Assembly (NCBI GenBank): GCA_950097015.1
Contig: CATNEN010000034.1
Span: forward strand, 1,302,001 to 1,366,000
DNA from: Macrostomum hystrix
Lineage: Eukaryota > Animalia > Platyhelminthes
DNA: 64,000 nt
Direction of reading: 5' to 3'
Below the pieces are notes generated by a model. It was not told where the DNA came from. It ran no database searches and saw nothing but the letters and a program-made list of their open reading frames with translations. Below, piece by piece: positions 36,264 through 47,772 of this stretch. Both the position numbers and the translations under genes were made by a program. How positions within the stretch are numbered: position 1 is the first letter of the stretch; each line of letters opens with the position of its first letter.

Positions 36264-39200
36264 TCAGGTGGTCTTGCTCTCCTCTGGATCCGGCAACTTT
36301 TGCAGATGGCTGATTACTTCGTTGACCTGAATGAAGTTAGAAAACAATTATTAGCGTCTAAAGAATATAAGAATACCAATACTCAATAACTGGGAGGGGC
36401 GGCACTAAGGGACTGAAAGGAGTGGCCCTAAAGTGGTCCTGAAGGATAAAGAATGGCCCTGAAGAAACAGGAGTGGTCCTGATGGATAAAAGTGGCCCTG
36501 AAGGAACAAGAGTGGCCCTGAAGGATAAAGAATGGCCCTGAAGAAACAGGAGTGGTCCTGATGGATAAAAAGTGGCCCTGAAGAAACAGGAGTGGTCCTG
36601 ATGGATAAAAAGTGGCCCTGAAGGAACAGGAGTGGCGGCCCTGAAGGAACAGGAGTGGTCCTGGTGGATAAAAAGTGGCCCTGAAGGAACAGGAGTGGCC
36701 CTGAAGGAACAGGAGTGGCCCTGAAGGAACAGGAGAGGCCCTGAAGGAACAGGAGAGGCCCTGAAGGAACAGGGGGTTCCCTGCGGGAGTAAACTCCAGA
36801 AAGCGGATTATCTTAAATCTATCTTCAGGATGAATGGAGTGGGTGAGGCGTTTTGGGATTGAACTACCACTCACAGTTTTAAAGGCCTTGCCGCCGGCAG
36901 TGTACCTGTGACTGCGGACCCGACTAGCCGGCGACAGAACGTGCAAGTGCAGGTGAAAAATCGAATTGTAGGGTGGCCAGTGAAAGCCGCATCTGCAGAA
37001 TCCCCGGGTCGGGATTGCAAAGAGAGTGGAGAGGGTGGGAGAATATTTAGCGAATTGGTCAAACTTACGGACACAAACCACGGCGATTTTGAGCCGTATT
37101 TGAGTCCAGCTGAGCAGCCCATGGTGGAGACTGGACTCAGGAAATGCAGGTGAAGATGGTTCACTGACGTGAATGGCGGCCAATGGAACCCGATCCTGCA
37201 AGCAGGCGCGGCCTAATTCAGCACCACTTAAAATGCCTCACACCAGTCACTAGCCCATCAATGCCTCACACCAGTCACTAGCCCATCAATGCCTCACACC
37301 AGTCACTAGCCCATCAATGCCTCACACCAGTCACTAGCCCATCAATGCCTCACACCAGTCACTAGCCCATCAATGCCTCACACCAGTCACTAGCTCATCA
37401 ATGCCTCACATCAGTCACTACCCCATCAATGCCTCACATCAGTCACTAGCTCACCAATCCCTTCACATTAGTCAGTGGCCATAACGTCTAGATAAATAGC
37501 AAAGCTACTGATTGATTGTCATTAGCAAGATGGTTAACTTTGGCAAAAGGCCAATATTTTTTTGATGATCTTCAAAGGAGAATTGCTTATGAACAATTGG
37601 TGACACTTGCCTAGAATCCTGTATATCTGCACCAAGTAAAGATAAAGCTTCCAATCCAGACTTTTCTAGCTGCTTTACAAGAGCAATATCAGTCTTAGTA
37701 AGGTGCTTGCAATCCTTTATATGAACCACTGGGCATGAGAGCAGGTGATAGGTAGCAGCTGGGCTGATGTCATGGAAAACAATTGCTTGGTCATTCTAAA
37801 AGAAAAATATATAATAAATGCATTAAGTGCTAAAATATATATATTACATTGTAATTTTGCTTAGTCATAAACAAAGATAAGTTTCTATAAGTTTTGAAAC
37901 TATGTCTTGCTTTCTGTTTTGGACTTTTAGAAAAAGAACAGAAGCTGCTACATTCAATTAAAGACTTATTCATAGTTGTGTGTTGTTTTAAAAAGTAATA
38001 ATTATGTTAGTATTCTATTTAGAATATTATTCCAAATAATATATTTTTTGTAGCGCTTCTTCTAATTTGATATTTAATACATTTGATATTTGTGCACTCT
38101 CCTAATAATTAAACTCCTCCTCTTAATAATTCATAATGTAAATGTCTAATCTAACTTCTTTACTTATTACTTCCAGACACCTACTATGACCTATATAATC
38201 AATATTCTGTACCCCTTTTTGGGTGGGCTGGTACAAACTACTGAAATAGTTTGGGTAGTGTGGCTTTAACACAATAGCTTTGGCCTAATGCCAGTAGTAT
38301 TCTAGATCTTAGATCTAGGCAGTTCTGGAGATGCTACTCTGTACTCGGGCTTTCCTCGGATTGGATTGTTTGCAGTTTCCACTTACTTCAGAAATAAGTA
38401 AAGCTTTGAGAGTGCTCACATGGAGATATGAACTGTTTCTATAATAGGCTTTTATAGAGTATTCCTAGTGAAATCAGTCTATATATTTATACTAAACTTC
38501 TTGCTACTATTCTAGGTATATACTCAGTATATTTGCATAATTTGAACAAAATGAATATTATTATTGTAGGGTAAATGTATCATCAACTGAACAGTGTATC
38601 TTCAAAACCGAACAATCTGAATTTTGACTCCTTCCTTGGTCTTGTGCAAGACAGAAACAAGCTATTGTATTTCACAGAACAACTATTTTGAATGTCAATG
38701 AAATTATTTACAAACTAAGGCATGACATGCAATGAAGCATTAAAAGGAAAGAAAGATATGGATGTTTCAGTAGAAATTCTTATCACAAAAGAATACTTTT
38801 TGACAGAATTTTTTCAGCATGTACTTTAGACTAAGATTGTATGTGGGTGCTTTCCAATTAAATTACCATAAATGTAGTTATTCATAGAGCATGAAAAATG
38901 CTTTCAAATGACATAATTCAGGATAGATCACTCCTTAAAATAAGATTAAACCACTCACTCAAATTTTAAAACCCAACATCAAATTCTCTGTTTGGCTTGA
39001 AGATACATGAAAATCATCATTTGTTTTTAGATGAAAAACATGAATAACTTTTTTCTATTTGACAAAATTGCAAAAGCAGATACTATTTAGAAAGACAAAA
39101 CAGTTTTCTATAACTTGGCTTTTGATTTAATCATGATATCTTAAATAGAAAATCTGTAGCTTAGGTTTGAAGTTAAAAAAATGCATATTCTTATTCGGTT

Positions 39201-39485
39201 GATGATACATTACCCTATGCACAGCATATTTCTAGCATGGATTTAAAATTGACTATTGACGCCTATTGAATATTCATAATTATATACTGATTATAATTAT
39301 TTAAAAAGTTAAAAGTGAACATAAATATTTTGAGTATTTCAATTTTAAAAAAATAGGCTAAAATTTTCATATATGAGTACACTTACTTGTAAAACGATAT
39401 CCCTATGCTGTCTTTTTTTATCAATAATGTCACAAAAAACACAATGCTTTTGCTTCATAACCCTGAGCTCTTTGGATTTCGGCAT
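36264..39485 (-). CDS. HINT3: HINT3-like histidine triad nucleotide-binding protein with two alternative catalytic exons (157 or 154 aa)
   Basis: Exon 1 39485-39387 (MPKSKELRVMKQKHCVFCDIIDKKRQHRDIVLQ). Exon 2 37795-37611 (NDQAIVFHDISPAATYHLLSCPVVHIKDCKHL...; GC donor AG|GCAAGT). Exon 3A 37195-37069 or exon 3B 36992-36875. Exon 4 36326-36264 (VNEVISHLQKLPDPEESKTT*). The CxFC, DIxPAAxxH and GFHWPP...HLHLH motifs match the HINT3 subfamily. Confidence 0.9.
36415..36775. repeat. About 20-bp tandem repeat (GGCCCTGAAGGAACAGGAGT) in HINT3 intron 3
   Basis: Directly visible. Confidence 0.88.
36875..36992 (-). CDS. HINT3: HINT3 alternative exon 3B: (R)CGFHWPPYNSIFHLHLHVLSPASRVRSHRYTAGGKAFKT
   Basis: Acceptor TTCTGCAG, donor GTGAGT, 118 nt, phase 2 to phase 0, intact HxHxH. 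Confidence 0.85.
37069..37195 (-). CDS. HINT3: HINT3 alternative exon 3A: (R)IGFHWPPFTSVNHLHLHFLSPVSTMGCSAGLKYGSKSPWFVS
   Basis: Acceptor CTTGCAG, donor GTAAGT, 127 nt, phase 2 to phase 0, intact HxHxH. Confidence 0.88.
37234..37455. repeat. 28-bp tandem repeat (ATGCCTCACACCAGTCACTAGCCCATCA) in HINT3 intron 2
   Basis: Directly visible, about 8 copies. Confidence 0.92.
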
Positions 39486-40564
39486 AATCCTATGCTGTAT
39501 TTTATTTAAATAAAGAATATAGAGATAGGCTAAACTCTCAATAAGTTGTAATTCTAAATTATAAAACTAATTGTGAATACCTTCAAATTTCAAACTGATT
39601 CAAGGCTAGGCCAAATAGGTTTGTTAAAAAAGTAATCAAGAACTAGCTATTCGTTGGAAATTGGAATTCGGGGCCTTCAATATTTCTAACGCGAGTTCAT
39701 GCATACTATGAAGATGGACACCACCGATAACAAGTTAGACACAGTGGAAGATAACTGAATTGCTTGTATAGTAACTGAAGGCTTATATTGCCTTCACACT
39801 TCTTCTTCAGTTATTTCACAAGTAAATGAAATATATGCTGTCATAAAATTAATGATGCATCTTTTAACTACTTGGATATAATCATTTATATTCTGTGTAA
39901 CTTCAACAAAATTATATTCGCTGCGTATTTTTTCTTTTTAATAAAAATACAAAAGTACAAAAAGTAACCGGACAAACGAAGTAGAAATTTTAAATCGTAT
40001 ATTTGTTTGAGTGCTTCAACGTAAAAAGTTGATAAGAATAAACTCGTTCAGCTTTGACTCTCTTTTCCTTCCATGTATGACGTTCATGCCTTATTCCTAA
40101 ATTACTTGCTTTCTGATCTATCTACTCTTCCAATGGTTTTGTGCATGTACACTTGCATTTAAAATTAAAAGAACTTCAGCTTTAGAAAAAATCGATCCAA
40201 AACTTTCTTATGTCTTCAACAAATTTACGATTCAAATTTAAATTCTAACTGCTCACTTATCATATTTCCTCTTTGTATATATTTCATGTAAAACAACACA
40301 GCAGCACAGAAGAAAAAGCCCTTAAATTTTTTTTCAGACAGAAGATTTTTAGTAGTTCAGGAGTTACACTTAATTAGTTTATTAGACTTACAGTTATCTC
40401 AATCGCATTTTCTATCAAACTTTTAATCGCTAATTAAATATAATAACAATTTAAGGACTAAGAATTTAACAAATGGGTACTTGCAACAACTTTAGGGAAT
40501 AAAAAATGTTCAGCAGTTTTGGGATTTACCTAACTATAATGAAATTTTAGGGTTGCTTTAAGAC

Positions 40565-42394
40565 TCATTTAAATACCTCGGAAATAAAGTTGGTGTTCAA
40601 CATGTAATGCTCATAGCAGCATGGTCTCATCTGTCCACTGTCCGACTTTTGCATCGATGAATACGGATTTTTGTGCCACTTCCACGTCCTGAAGCCTAGA
40701 TCGAACAAGCCAAACAGAATCTGGATCAAGCGGCGATAATTAGATTTCCTTTGTAAAAACGCATCCGTGTGAGTCTCGAACATCAGCTGCTTCACTCTTT
40801 TCAGACAGCCGTCCTTAAACGCCCGCTCAAGCGCTGACCATTCCGAGTACTCAACATCGATTTTTAATATGTCAATAGTTCGATTGCCGGGCTCAATCTC
40901 CTGGAATAGATCACACAAAGAGCGCATTTTCCATCCAGCTTTTGTCGTCTGTTTGCTTGATGAGAGGCCAATCAGGTAGAACCATGACGTTCGTTTTCTC
41001 TTGTGGTCTTTGAGCTTTGTCATGCTGGGGTCGAACATGTGCACTCTGCAGCGATACTTATCCGCCAGAACATCGTCATACTTCCAGACGTAGTTGATTC
41101 CGAACGAAAAAGCAACGCAACCACCCTTGGATGAACGGATGTCGAACGGCGCACTAAAACAGACATCCCAGCCGCCGTCGTCTGCGTCGCCGACTCGCCG
41201 ACTGTAAGGACAGAAGAGGTGCTGTTGTTCCACCAGCTGGAAGTACATGTTATCAAGCTCTGCTGGCGACATAGCGGAGAGGTTCGTTCGACGCATTGCT
41301 CTCAATTGGTCGAATCCTGGGCTTCTAGAGATTCGGAGGTCCTTTTTCGGGAGTTCAATTGGATCACGCCTTGCATTTCTAATCACTGTACTCCTATGGA
41401 TAAAGTTTATATTAACATAGCTAAGGCTGGCGCTAGAAAGCTCCCCTGTGACGTTGTACAAACTCCACAACCGAAAGCCGGCACTGTGCAAGCCTATCAG
41501 AGCCAGGACGTTGCTTCTAAGCTGGTCCGCAGTTGGCCACAATGCCCTCGGTGAAGTGCGAATATTCAACACCAACTGCTTCGTCATGTTTAGCGACCCA
41601 TCGCTCGCTATCACCTGCAGAAAGGACCAGTCACCTGGCCAGATATTAATCTTCAGCACCTCAATCACAGTTCTGTCGGCCTTGAATCGTTTAAGATAGC
41701 CCAAATATGTGTCCATTCTGACCTTGCCTCCAGCAGGCGTGCCGATAAGACCCTCCGTCAGTAGTAGCACTTGTTCGCTGTGCATGTGGCCGACCTGATG
41801 CGCAGACGAGTCAAACACTAGTACAGAACAGCCCTGGCTAGTGGCTAGGTCATCTTCAAACTCCAAGCCCTGGGTCTTGTTGGACCCGAACGAGAAGCCA
41901 TAGCAGGGCTGGCGAGGCCGGAAGGGGCCAGCCAGGCACAGTTTGTGACCTGACACGCCAGCGCGACCACTCAGCGAGCGGAAAAGCACTCGACGCCCGA
42001 GTCTGCGGTGTGTCGAACAGTCCGCAGTTGGCAGTCCCAGCAGCTGCTCAAATATGTTCTCCAGGCTCTCCACCGGCATGCCGTATAGCTGGTGGTCTTG
42101 AAGCAGGTTCGGTAGGTCGGCCGTTGCAATCGACACGTAGCCGTCGAAGTAGCGGTAAATCACTCGCGCGCCATCAGAACTCAGTACAGACTCCGTCGCT
42201 GAGTCCTCATCAAAATTCATCCATGTTGCGATGGATTTTTTCTCTGCTGTGAACAACTGGCTTCTGCTCTGAATGGCGACAGTCAGGACGGCTGCAGCCA
42301 CGAAAAAGGCGAATCCTCGTAGAGCTAACCTCTTATGCGAATGGAATTTTGTCAGCCGCGCCAACTGCGGCTCAGCTAAGATTCGCTTTAGCAT
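40565..42394 (-). CDS. METTL24: METTL24-like (Methyltransf_22-type) protein, 609 aa, single exon, N-terminal signal-anchor and two tandem methyltransferase-like domains
   Basis: The C-terminal domain has RRVGDADDGGWDVC, AFSFGINYVWKYD, VHMFDPS, IDILKIDVEYSEW and VKQLMFETH. The N-terminal repeat has GHKLCL, YGFSFGSN..LEFEDDL, VLVFDSS, IEVLKINI..GDW and TKQLVLNI. A hydrophobic segment GFAFFVAAAVLTVAI lies near the N-terminus. Confidence 0.85.
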   Translation of the reverse strand: MLKRILAEPQLARLTKFHSHKRLALRGFAFFVAAAVLTVAIQSRSQLFTAEKKSIATWMNFDEDSATESVLSSDGARVIYRYFDGYVSIATADLPNLLQDHQLYGMPVESLENIFEQLLGLPTADCSTHRRLGRRVLFRSLSGRAGVSGHKLCLAGPFRPRQPCYGFSFGSNKTQGLEFEDDLATSQGCSVLVFDSSAHQVGHMHSEQVLLLTEGLIGTPAGGKVRMDTYLGYLKRFKADRTVIEVLKINIWPGDWSFLQVIASDGSLNMTKQLVLNIRTSPRALWPTADQLRSNVLALIGLHSAGFRLWSLYNVTGELSSASLSYVNINFIHRSTVIRNARRDPIELPKKDLRISRSPGFDQLRAMRRTNLSAMSPAELDNMYFQLVEQQHLFCPYSRRVGDADDGGWDVCFSAPFDIRSSKGGCVAFSFGINYVWKYDDVLADKYRCRVHMFDPSMTKLKDHKRKRTSWFYLIGLSSSKQTTKAGWKMRSLCDLFQEIEPGNRTIDILKIDVEYSEWSALERAFKDGCLKRVKQLMFETHTDAFLQRKSNYRRLIQILFGLFDLGFRTWKWHKNPYSSMQKSDSGQMRPCCYEHYMLNTNFISEVFK

Positions 42395-43374
42395 GACGAC
42401 TTAAGCGCTTCCAAGCAATGCCTGCACGCATTGACGAATTTAAACTTATTTTAGAAATGAAACTGTTTGTATGGTCCAATAGGTCCATCGGCCACAGGAA
42501 GTTTGATTGGGTTTGTATAATGTATACAAATCTGTTAAGTTGCCTATTTTTTCTATGTTAGATCATGCGTAGGAGACTAGCCCTAGGACCACTTGAAGAA
42601 AAAGGACGGGACGCTTCGTTTCCTAGAAAATTTATTAAAGGCAGATTTTCACGGAAAAAAGCACTATCGCAAGAGAAGAAACTTTTCATGTTTCATGTTC
42701 ATGTTGATAACTTTGATATAAGTTATTTTGATATGCAAAACATGTTGCTTCAACGAATTTTACAAAACTTTACTTATTAATAACTGACGTTCAAATTTTT
42801 TTCGTTTATTTATTATTAATCACAATAGCAACCAATCAGGCTATAGGTTGCAGGTTGGCCTATATTTGATTAGAAAGTGACTGTAAAATTGAGTTAGTCA
42901 TATAGATAGCTATCGACTGGCTATTGTGCTGCAGATGAGCGAGTTAGTGAGATGAGCCATCCATTCATCCATGGACCGAGCTCCAGACTTTACTGTCAAA
43001 TTTTATGAGCGAAAAAAACGGATTGTGAAGCCACTTCAGCACTAAACTGGATTATTTATTTATTTCTCTATTACAAAAGTGAATGAATTAATCCACTGAA
43101 AACAAATTATTGAATCTCTTGTATTCCGTTTAGCAATATACTAAAATATTTAGTAATATCACGGTTCCAAACAACAGCGTTTTCCTTATCCAGTCTAGCA
43201 ACAAAGCTAAAAATAGTGACGAAGCGCTATAAATACTACTAGCGCACACTTGCCGGCCTGTGTGTAGGAGTAAATTGAGGATTTGTTTATACTCGTATGA
43301 AACTGTGCGACTACCAAATCACGCGAATGTGATGAATCAGTCTAAAGAGTTTAAATATATCGCATGAGTATGAC

Positions 43375-43590
43375 TAGTACCACACACTACTATTAGTCCC
43401 GGTCTGATCAGTAGTACCACACACTACTATTAGTCCCGGTCTGATCAGTAGTACCACACACTACTATTAGTCCCGGTCTGATCAGTAGTACCACACACTA
43501 CTATTAGTCCCGGTCTGATCAGTAGTACCACACACTACTATTAGTCCCGGTCTGATCAGTAGTACCACACACTACTATTAGTCCCAGTCT
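43375..43590. repeat. 37-bp tandem repeat (TAGTACCACACACTACTATTAGTCCCGGTCTGATCAG)
   Basis: Directly visible, about 5.5 near-identical copies. Confidence 0.93.
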
Positions 43591-43629
43591 TAACTATGAT
43601 TTTCCCTAAGTTTTCCCATAAACCTCTCG

Positions 43630-43995
43630 AGTATCCAATAAACCCTACAGTATCCAATAAACCCTATAGCATCCAATAAACCCTACAGTATCCAATAAAC
43701 CCTAAAGTCTCCAATAAACCCTACAGTATCCAATAAACCCTACAGTCTCCAATAAACCCTACAGTATCCAATAAACCCTACAGTATCCAATAAACCCTAC
43801 AGTATCCAATAAACCCTACAGTATCCAATAAACCCTACAGTATCCAATAAACCCTACAGTCTCCAATAAACCCTACAGTATCCAATAAACCCTACAGTAT
43901 CCAATAAACCCTACAGTATCCAATAAACCCTACAGTATCCAATAAACCCTACAGTATCCAATAAACCCTATAGTATCCAATAAACCCTACAGTCT
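43630..43995. repeat. 19-bp tandem repeat (AGTATCCAATAAACCCTAC)
   Basis: Directly visible. Confidence 0.93.
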
Positions 43996-45630
43996 CACCA
44001 AAAAACCAACTGTCACCCCAACAACCCACAGTCTCACCAACAAACTCACAGTCTCCCCCACAAAACCACAGTGCCCCCCACAAACCCACAGTCTCCCCCA
44101 CAAACCCACAGTCTCCCCTACAAAACTACAGTCTCCAACACAAACCCACAGTCTCCCCCACAAACCCACAGTCTCCCCCACAAAACCACAGTCTCCCCCA
44201 CAAAACCACAGTCTCCCCCACAAACCCACAGTCTCCCCCACAAACCCACAGTCTCCCCCACAAAACCACAGTCTCCCCCACAAAACCACAGTCTCCCCTA
44301 CAAACCTACAGTCCCCAACACAAACCCACAGTCTCCCCCACAAAACCACAGTCTCCCCCACAAAACCACAGTCTCCCCCACAAAACCACAGTCTCCCCCA
44401 CAAAACCACAGTCTCCCCTACAAACCTACAGTCTCCAACACAAACCCACAGTCTCCCCCACAAACCCACAGTCTCCCCCACAAACCCACAGTCTCCCCCA
44501 CAAAACCACAGTCTCCCCCACAAAACCACAGTCTCCCCTACAAACCTACAGTCTCCAACACAAACCCAGAGTCTCCCCCACAAACCCACAGTCTCCCCCA
44601 CAAACCCACAGTCTCCCCCACAAAGCCACAGTCTCCCCTACAAACCCACAGTCTCCCCCACAAACCCACAGTCTCCCCCACAAACCCACAGTCTCCCCCA
44701 CAAAACCACAGTCTCCCCTACAAACCTACAGTCTCCAACACAAACCCACAGTCTCCCCCACAAACCCACAGTCTCCCCCACAAACCCACAGTCTCCCCCA
44801 CAAACCTACAGTCTCCCCCACAAAACCACAGTCTCCCCTACAAACCTACAGTCTCCCCCACAAACCTACAGTCTCCCCCACAAACCCACAGTCTCCCCCA
44901 CAAACCCACAGTCTCCCCCACAAACCTACAGTCTCCCCCACAAAACCACAGTCTCCCCTACAAACCTACAGTCTCCCCCACAAACCTACAGTCTCCCCCA
45001 CAAAACCACAGTCTCCCCTACAAACCTACAGTCTCCAACACAAACCCACAGTCCCCCCCACAAACCTACAGTCTCCCCCACAAAACCACAGTCTCCCCTA
45101 CAAACCTACAGTCTCCAACACAAACCCACAGTCTCTCCCACAAACCCACAGTCTCCCCCACAAAACCACAGTCTCTCCTACAAACCTACAGTCTCCAACA
45201 CAAACCCACAGTCTCCCCCACAAAGCCACAGTCTCCCCTACAAACCCACAGTCTCCAACACAAACCCACAGTCTCCCCCACAAACCCACAGTCTCCCCCA
45301 CAAACCTACAGTCTCCCCCACAAAACCACAGTCTCCCCTACAAACCTACAGTCTCCCCCACAAACCTACAGTCTCCCCCACAAAACCACAGTCTCCCCTA
45401 CAAACCTACAGTCTCCAACACAAACCCACAGTCCCCCCCACAAACCTACAGTCTCCCCCACAAAACCACAGTCTCCCCTACAAACCTACAGTCTCCAACA
45501 CAAACCCACAGTCTCTCCCACAAACCCACAGTCTCCCCCACAAAACCACAGTCTCTCCTACAAACCTACAGTCTCCAACACAAACCCACAGTCTCCCCCA
45601 CAAACCCACAGTCTCCCCCACAAACCTACA
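43996..45630. repeat. 20-bp tandem repeat (CAAACCCACAGTCTCCCCCA), about 80 copies
   Basis: Directly visible; produces the spurious PQSPPQTHSL ORF. Confidence 0.95.
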
Positions 45631-46157
45631 GTGTTCAATTTAGCAAATTAAACATAATTTACCAACACTCTGCCAGTCTGTTGAAGAATTTATGTAGCCA
45701 TTTTAGTACAACCGCATAGCAACAGGACAGTACAATGGAATAACTGAACAATGATGCGAATTGTGGAAGTTCGCTATTGAATTCCGTTGCAGAGTCGATT
45801 AGCAACTATCTTGGACTTTCTGAACTAAAGCTGTCTCACTCATAGCTTGTATTGACTTGACCTACCTGAGGTAGTTAGGAGGTCAACAATAGAACTATTT
45901 ATTATTATAAACAATCTGAGCTTTGCGGGAGAATTGGCGCAATGAGAGCTGGTTATGCAATCAGTTGAATTTCTCTATTGACTGCATACAATTGATCCAA
46001 ATACATTATTTTGCTTGACTTAATGCACAATGTAAATTACTTTATTACTTATGACAACTTTGTGAAATATGAAAGCATTGAGGCGCACGGACTGCACAAC
46101 AAAATCTGAGTTCAGTTGAGTCTTCTCAAAACCCTATATTAATAAATCGAAAACTTT

Positions 46158-46538
46158 TCAATCCCGAATCTTCCCAATCCCGAATCTTCCAAATCCCGAA
46201 TCTTCCCAATCCCGAATCTTCCCAATCCCGAATCTTCCCAATCCCGAATATTCCCAATCCCGAATCTTCCCAATCCTGAATCTCCCCAATCCCGAATCTT
46301 CCCAATCCCGAATCTTCCCAATCCCGAATCTTCCCAATCCTGAATCTTCCCAATCCCGAATCTTCCCAATCCCGAATCTTCCCAATCCCGAATCTTCCTA
46401 ATCCTGAATCTTCAAGATCCTGAATCGTCACAATGCCCTAATCTTCCCAATCCCGAATCTTCCCAATCCCGAATATTCCTAATCCCGAATCTTCAAGATC
46501 CTGAATCGTCACAATGCCCCAATCTTCCCAATCCCGAA
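46158..46538. repeat. 16-bp tandem repeat (TCTTCCCAATCCCGAA)
   Basis: Directly visible. Confidence 0.9.
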
Positions 46539-47399
46539 TACCGAAGTCCAAGTTAGAATTCGAATACCGTATACACAAATTGCCGAAATTCAAAATCCTC
46601 CTTCTATCCTGAAGATGTGTGATAAAAGAATTCCCAATCGAATATTGGAGTGTTCTCAAACTCTCTGTTCTCTTCCATCCCCAGCTGAGAAAATGGTTAA
46701 AAAACTGATCAAGCGGAAACAAGCTAACTTGGCCAAAATGTTCGCTTATTCTAAAGCTACTTTTCTTACCTGGTGTTAATCGCGTTTACTGAAGCGTCGA
46801 ACAATGCCGAATATTATAGCCTCTTGCCGCACTGATTTTTAACAATGGTCATTTTAAAAAGCAATGACCTCATCTAGAGTCAGTGCCTGTGTACGCCAAC
46901 GGGCGGTCCCCAGCTCGCTAACCCTCCAATTTGAGCCGGATTGAGAAGTGCTCATGTCGTCAATGAGGCTGCAAGTTAAAGCACTCGAGAACATATTTGC
47001 TGTGAGACAATTTTAATGGTCATCTTAAGTATACAGTGGGGGATGCGTGGCATTTCCCAAATATATTTGATTTTTCGCAAAATCGAAAAAAAGAAATCGA
47101 AAAAAATTATTTTTTTTAAATGAGGCTTTTTGTTGACAATAAGTCACGTGCCCGCTCTGTATAGCCTACGATAGTATCAACATTGATCTAGAATTATACT
47201 GCTATCGCTTCATACTTGATTGTTCCGTTGAGTTGAGCTTTTAAGTACAGGTAAGCCTAGCTAAATGATTCAATATGAGCTCATACATCCATAAAACATA
47301 TGCATTTGAACATCTCAAAATTATTTGTTTGTACAGATTCTTTCTCATTCTTTGTAAACATATACTTCACTGTCTAAGGGGTTCTACGTCTTATTCTAC

Positions 47400-47772
47400 G
47401 AGAGGTCAACTGACCCCCCTAAGCTTTATTCTTAAAAGGGAGGTCAACTGACCCACTATACTCCTATGTTCAGAGGGAGGTCAACTGACCCACTATACTC
47501 CTATCTTCAGAGGGAGGTCAACTGACCCACTATACTCCTATCTTCAGAGGGAGGTCAACTGACCCACTATACTCCTATCTTCAGAGGGAGGTCAACTGAC
47601 CCCTTGGCTTTTATCTTATAAGAGAGGTCAACTGACCCCTTGGCTTTTATCTTATAAGAGAGGTTTGCTCATATCTTCTTGGAGATATGATGGCCCACTA
47701 TGCTCTAATCTTCAGAGGGAGGTCAACTGACCCCTTGGCTTTTATCTTATAAGAGAGGTCAACTGACCCCCT
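47400..47772. repeat. About 37-bp tandem repeat built on GAGGTCAACTGACCC
   Basis: Directly visible, with two spacer variants (ACTATACTCCTATCTTCAGAGG and CTTGGCTTTTATCTTATAAGA). Confidence 0.85.

Noticed and set aside
36428-37201. 257-aa ORF spanning HINT3 exon 3A, intron, exon 3B and the downstream repeat
   Set aside because: It reads 3A out of frame and runs through two introns into a tandem repeat. The spliced model explains the region better.
43375-43590. 37-bp direct repeats resembling a CRISPR array in length
   Set aside because: The units are contiguous with no unique spacers, there are no cas genes, and the context is eukaryotic. The same applies to the 30- and 34-bp arrays.
43987-45651. 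Mucin-like PQSPPQTHSL ORF
   Set aside because: Translation of a 20-bp repeat, open by composition, with no signal peptide or unique flanks.
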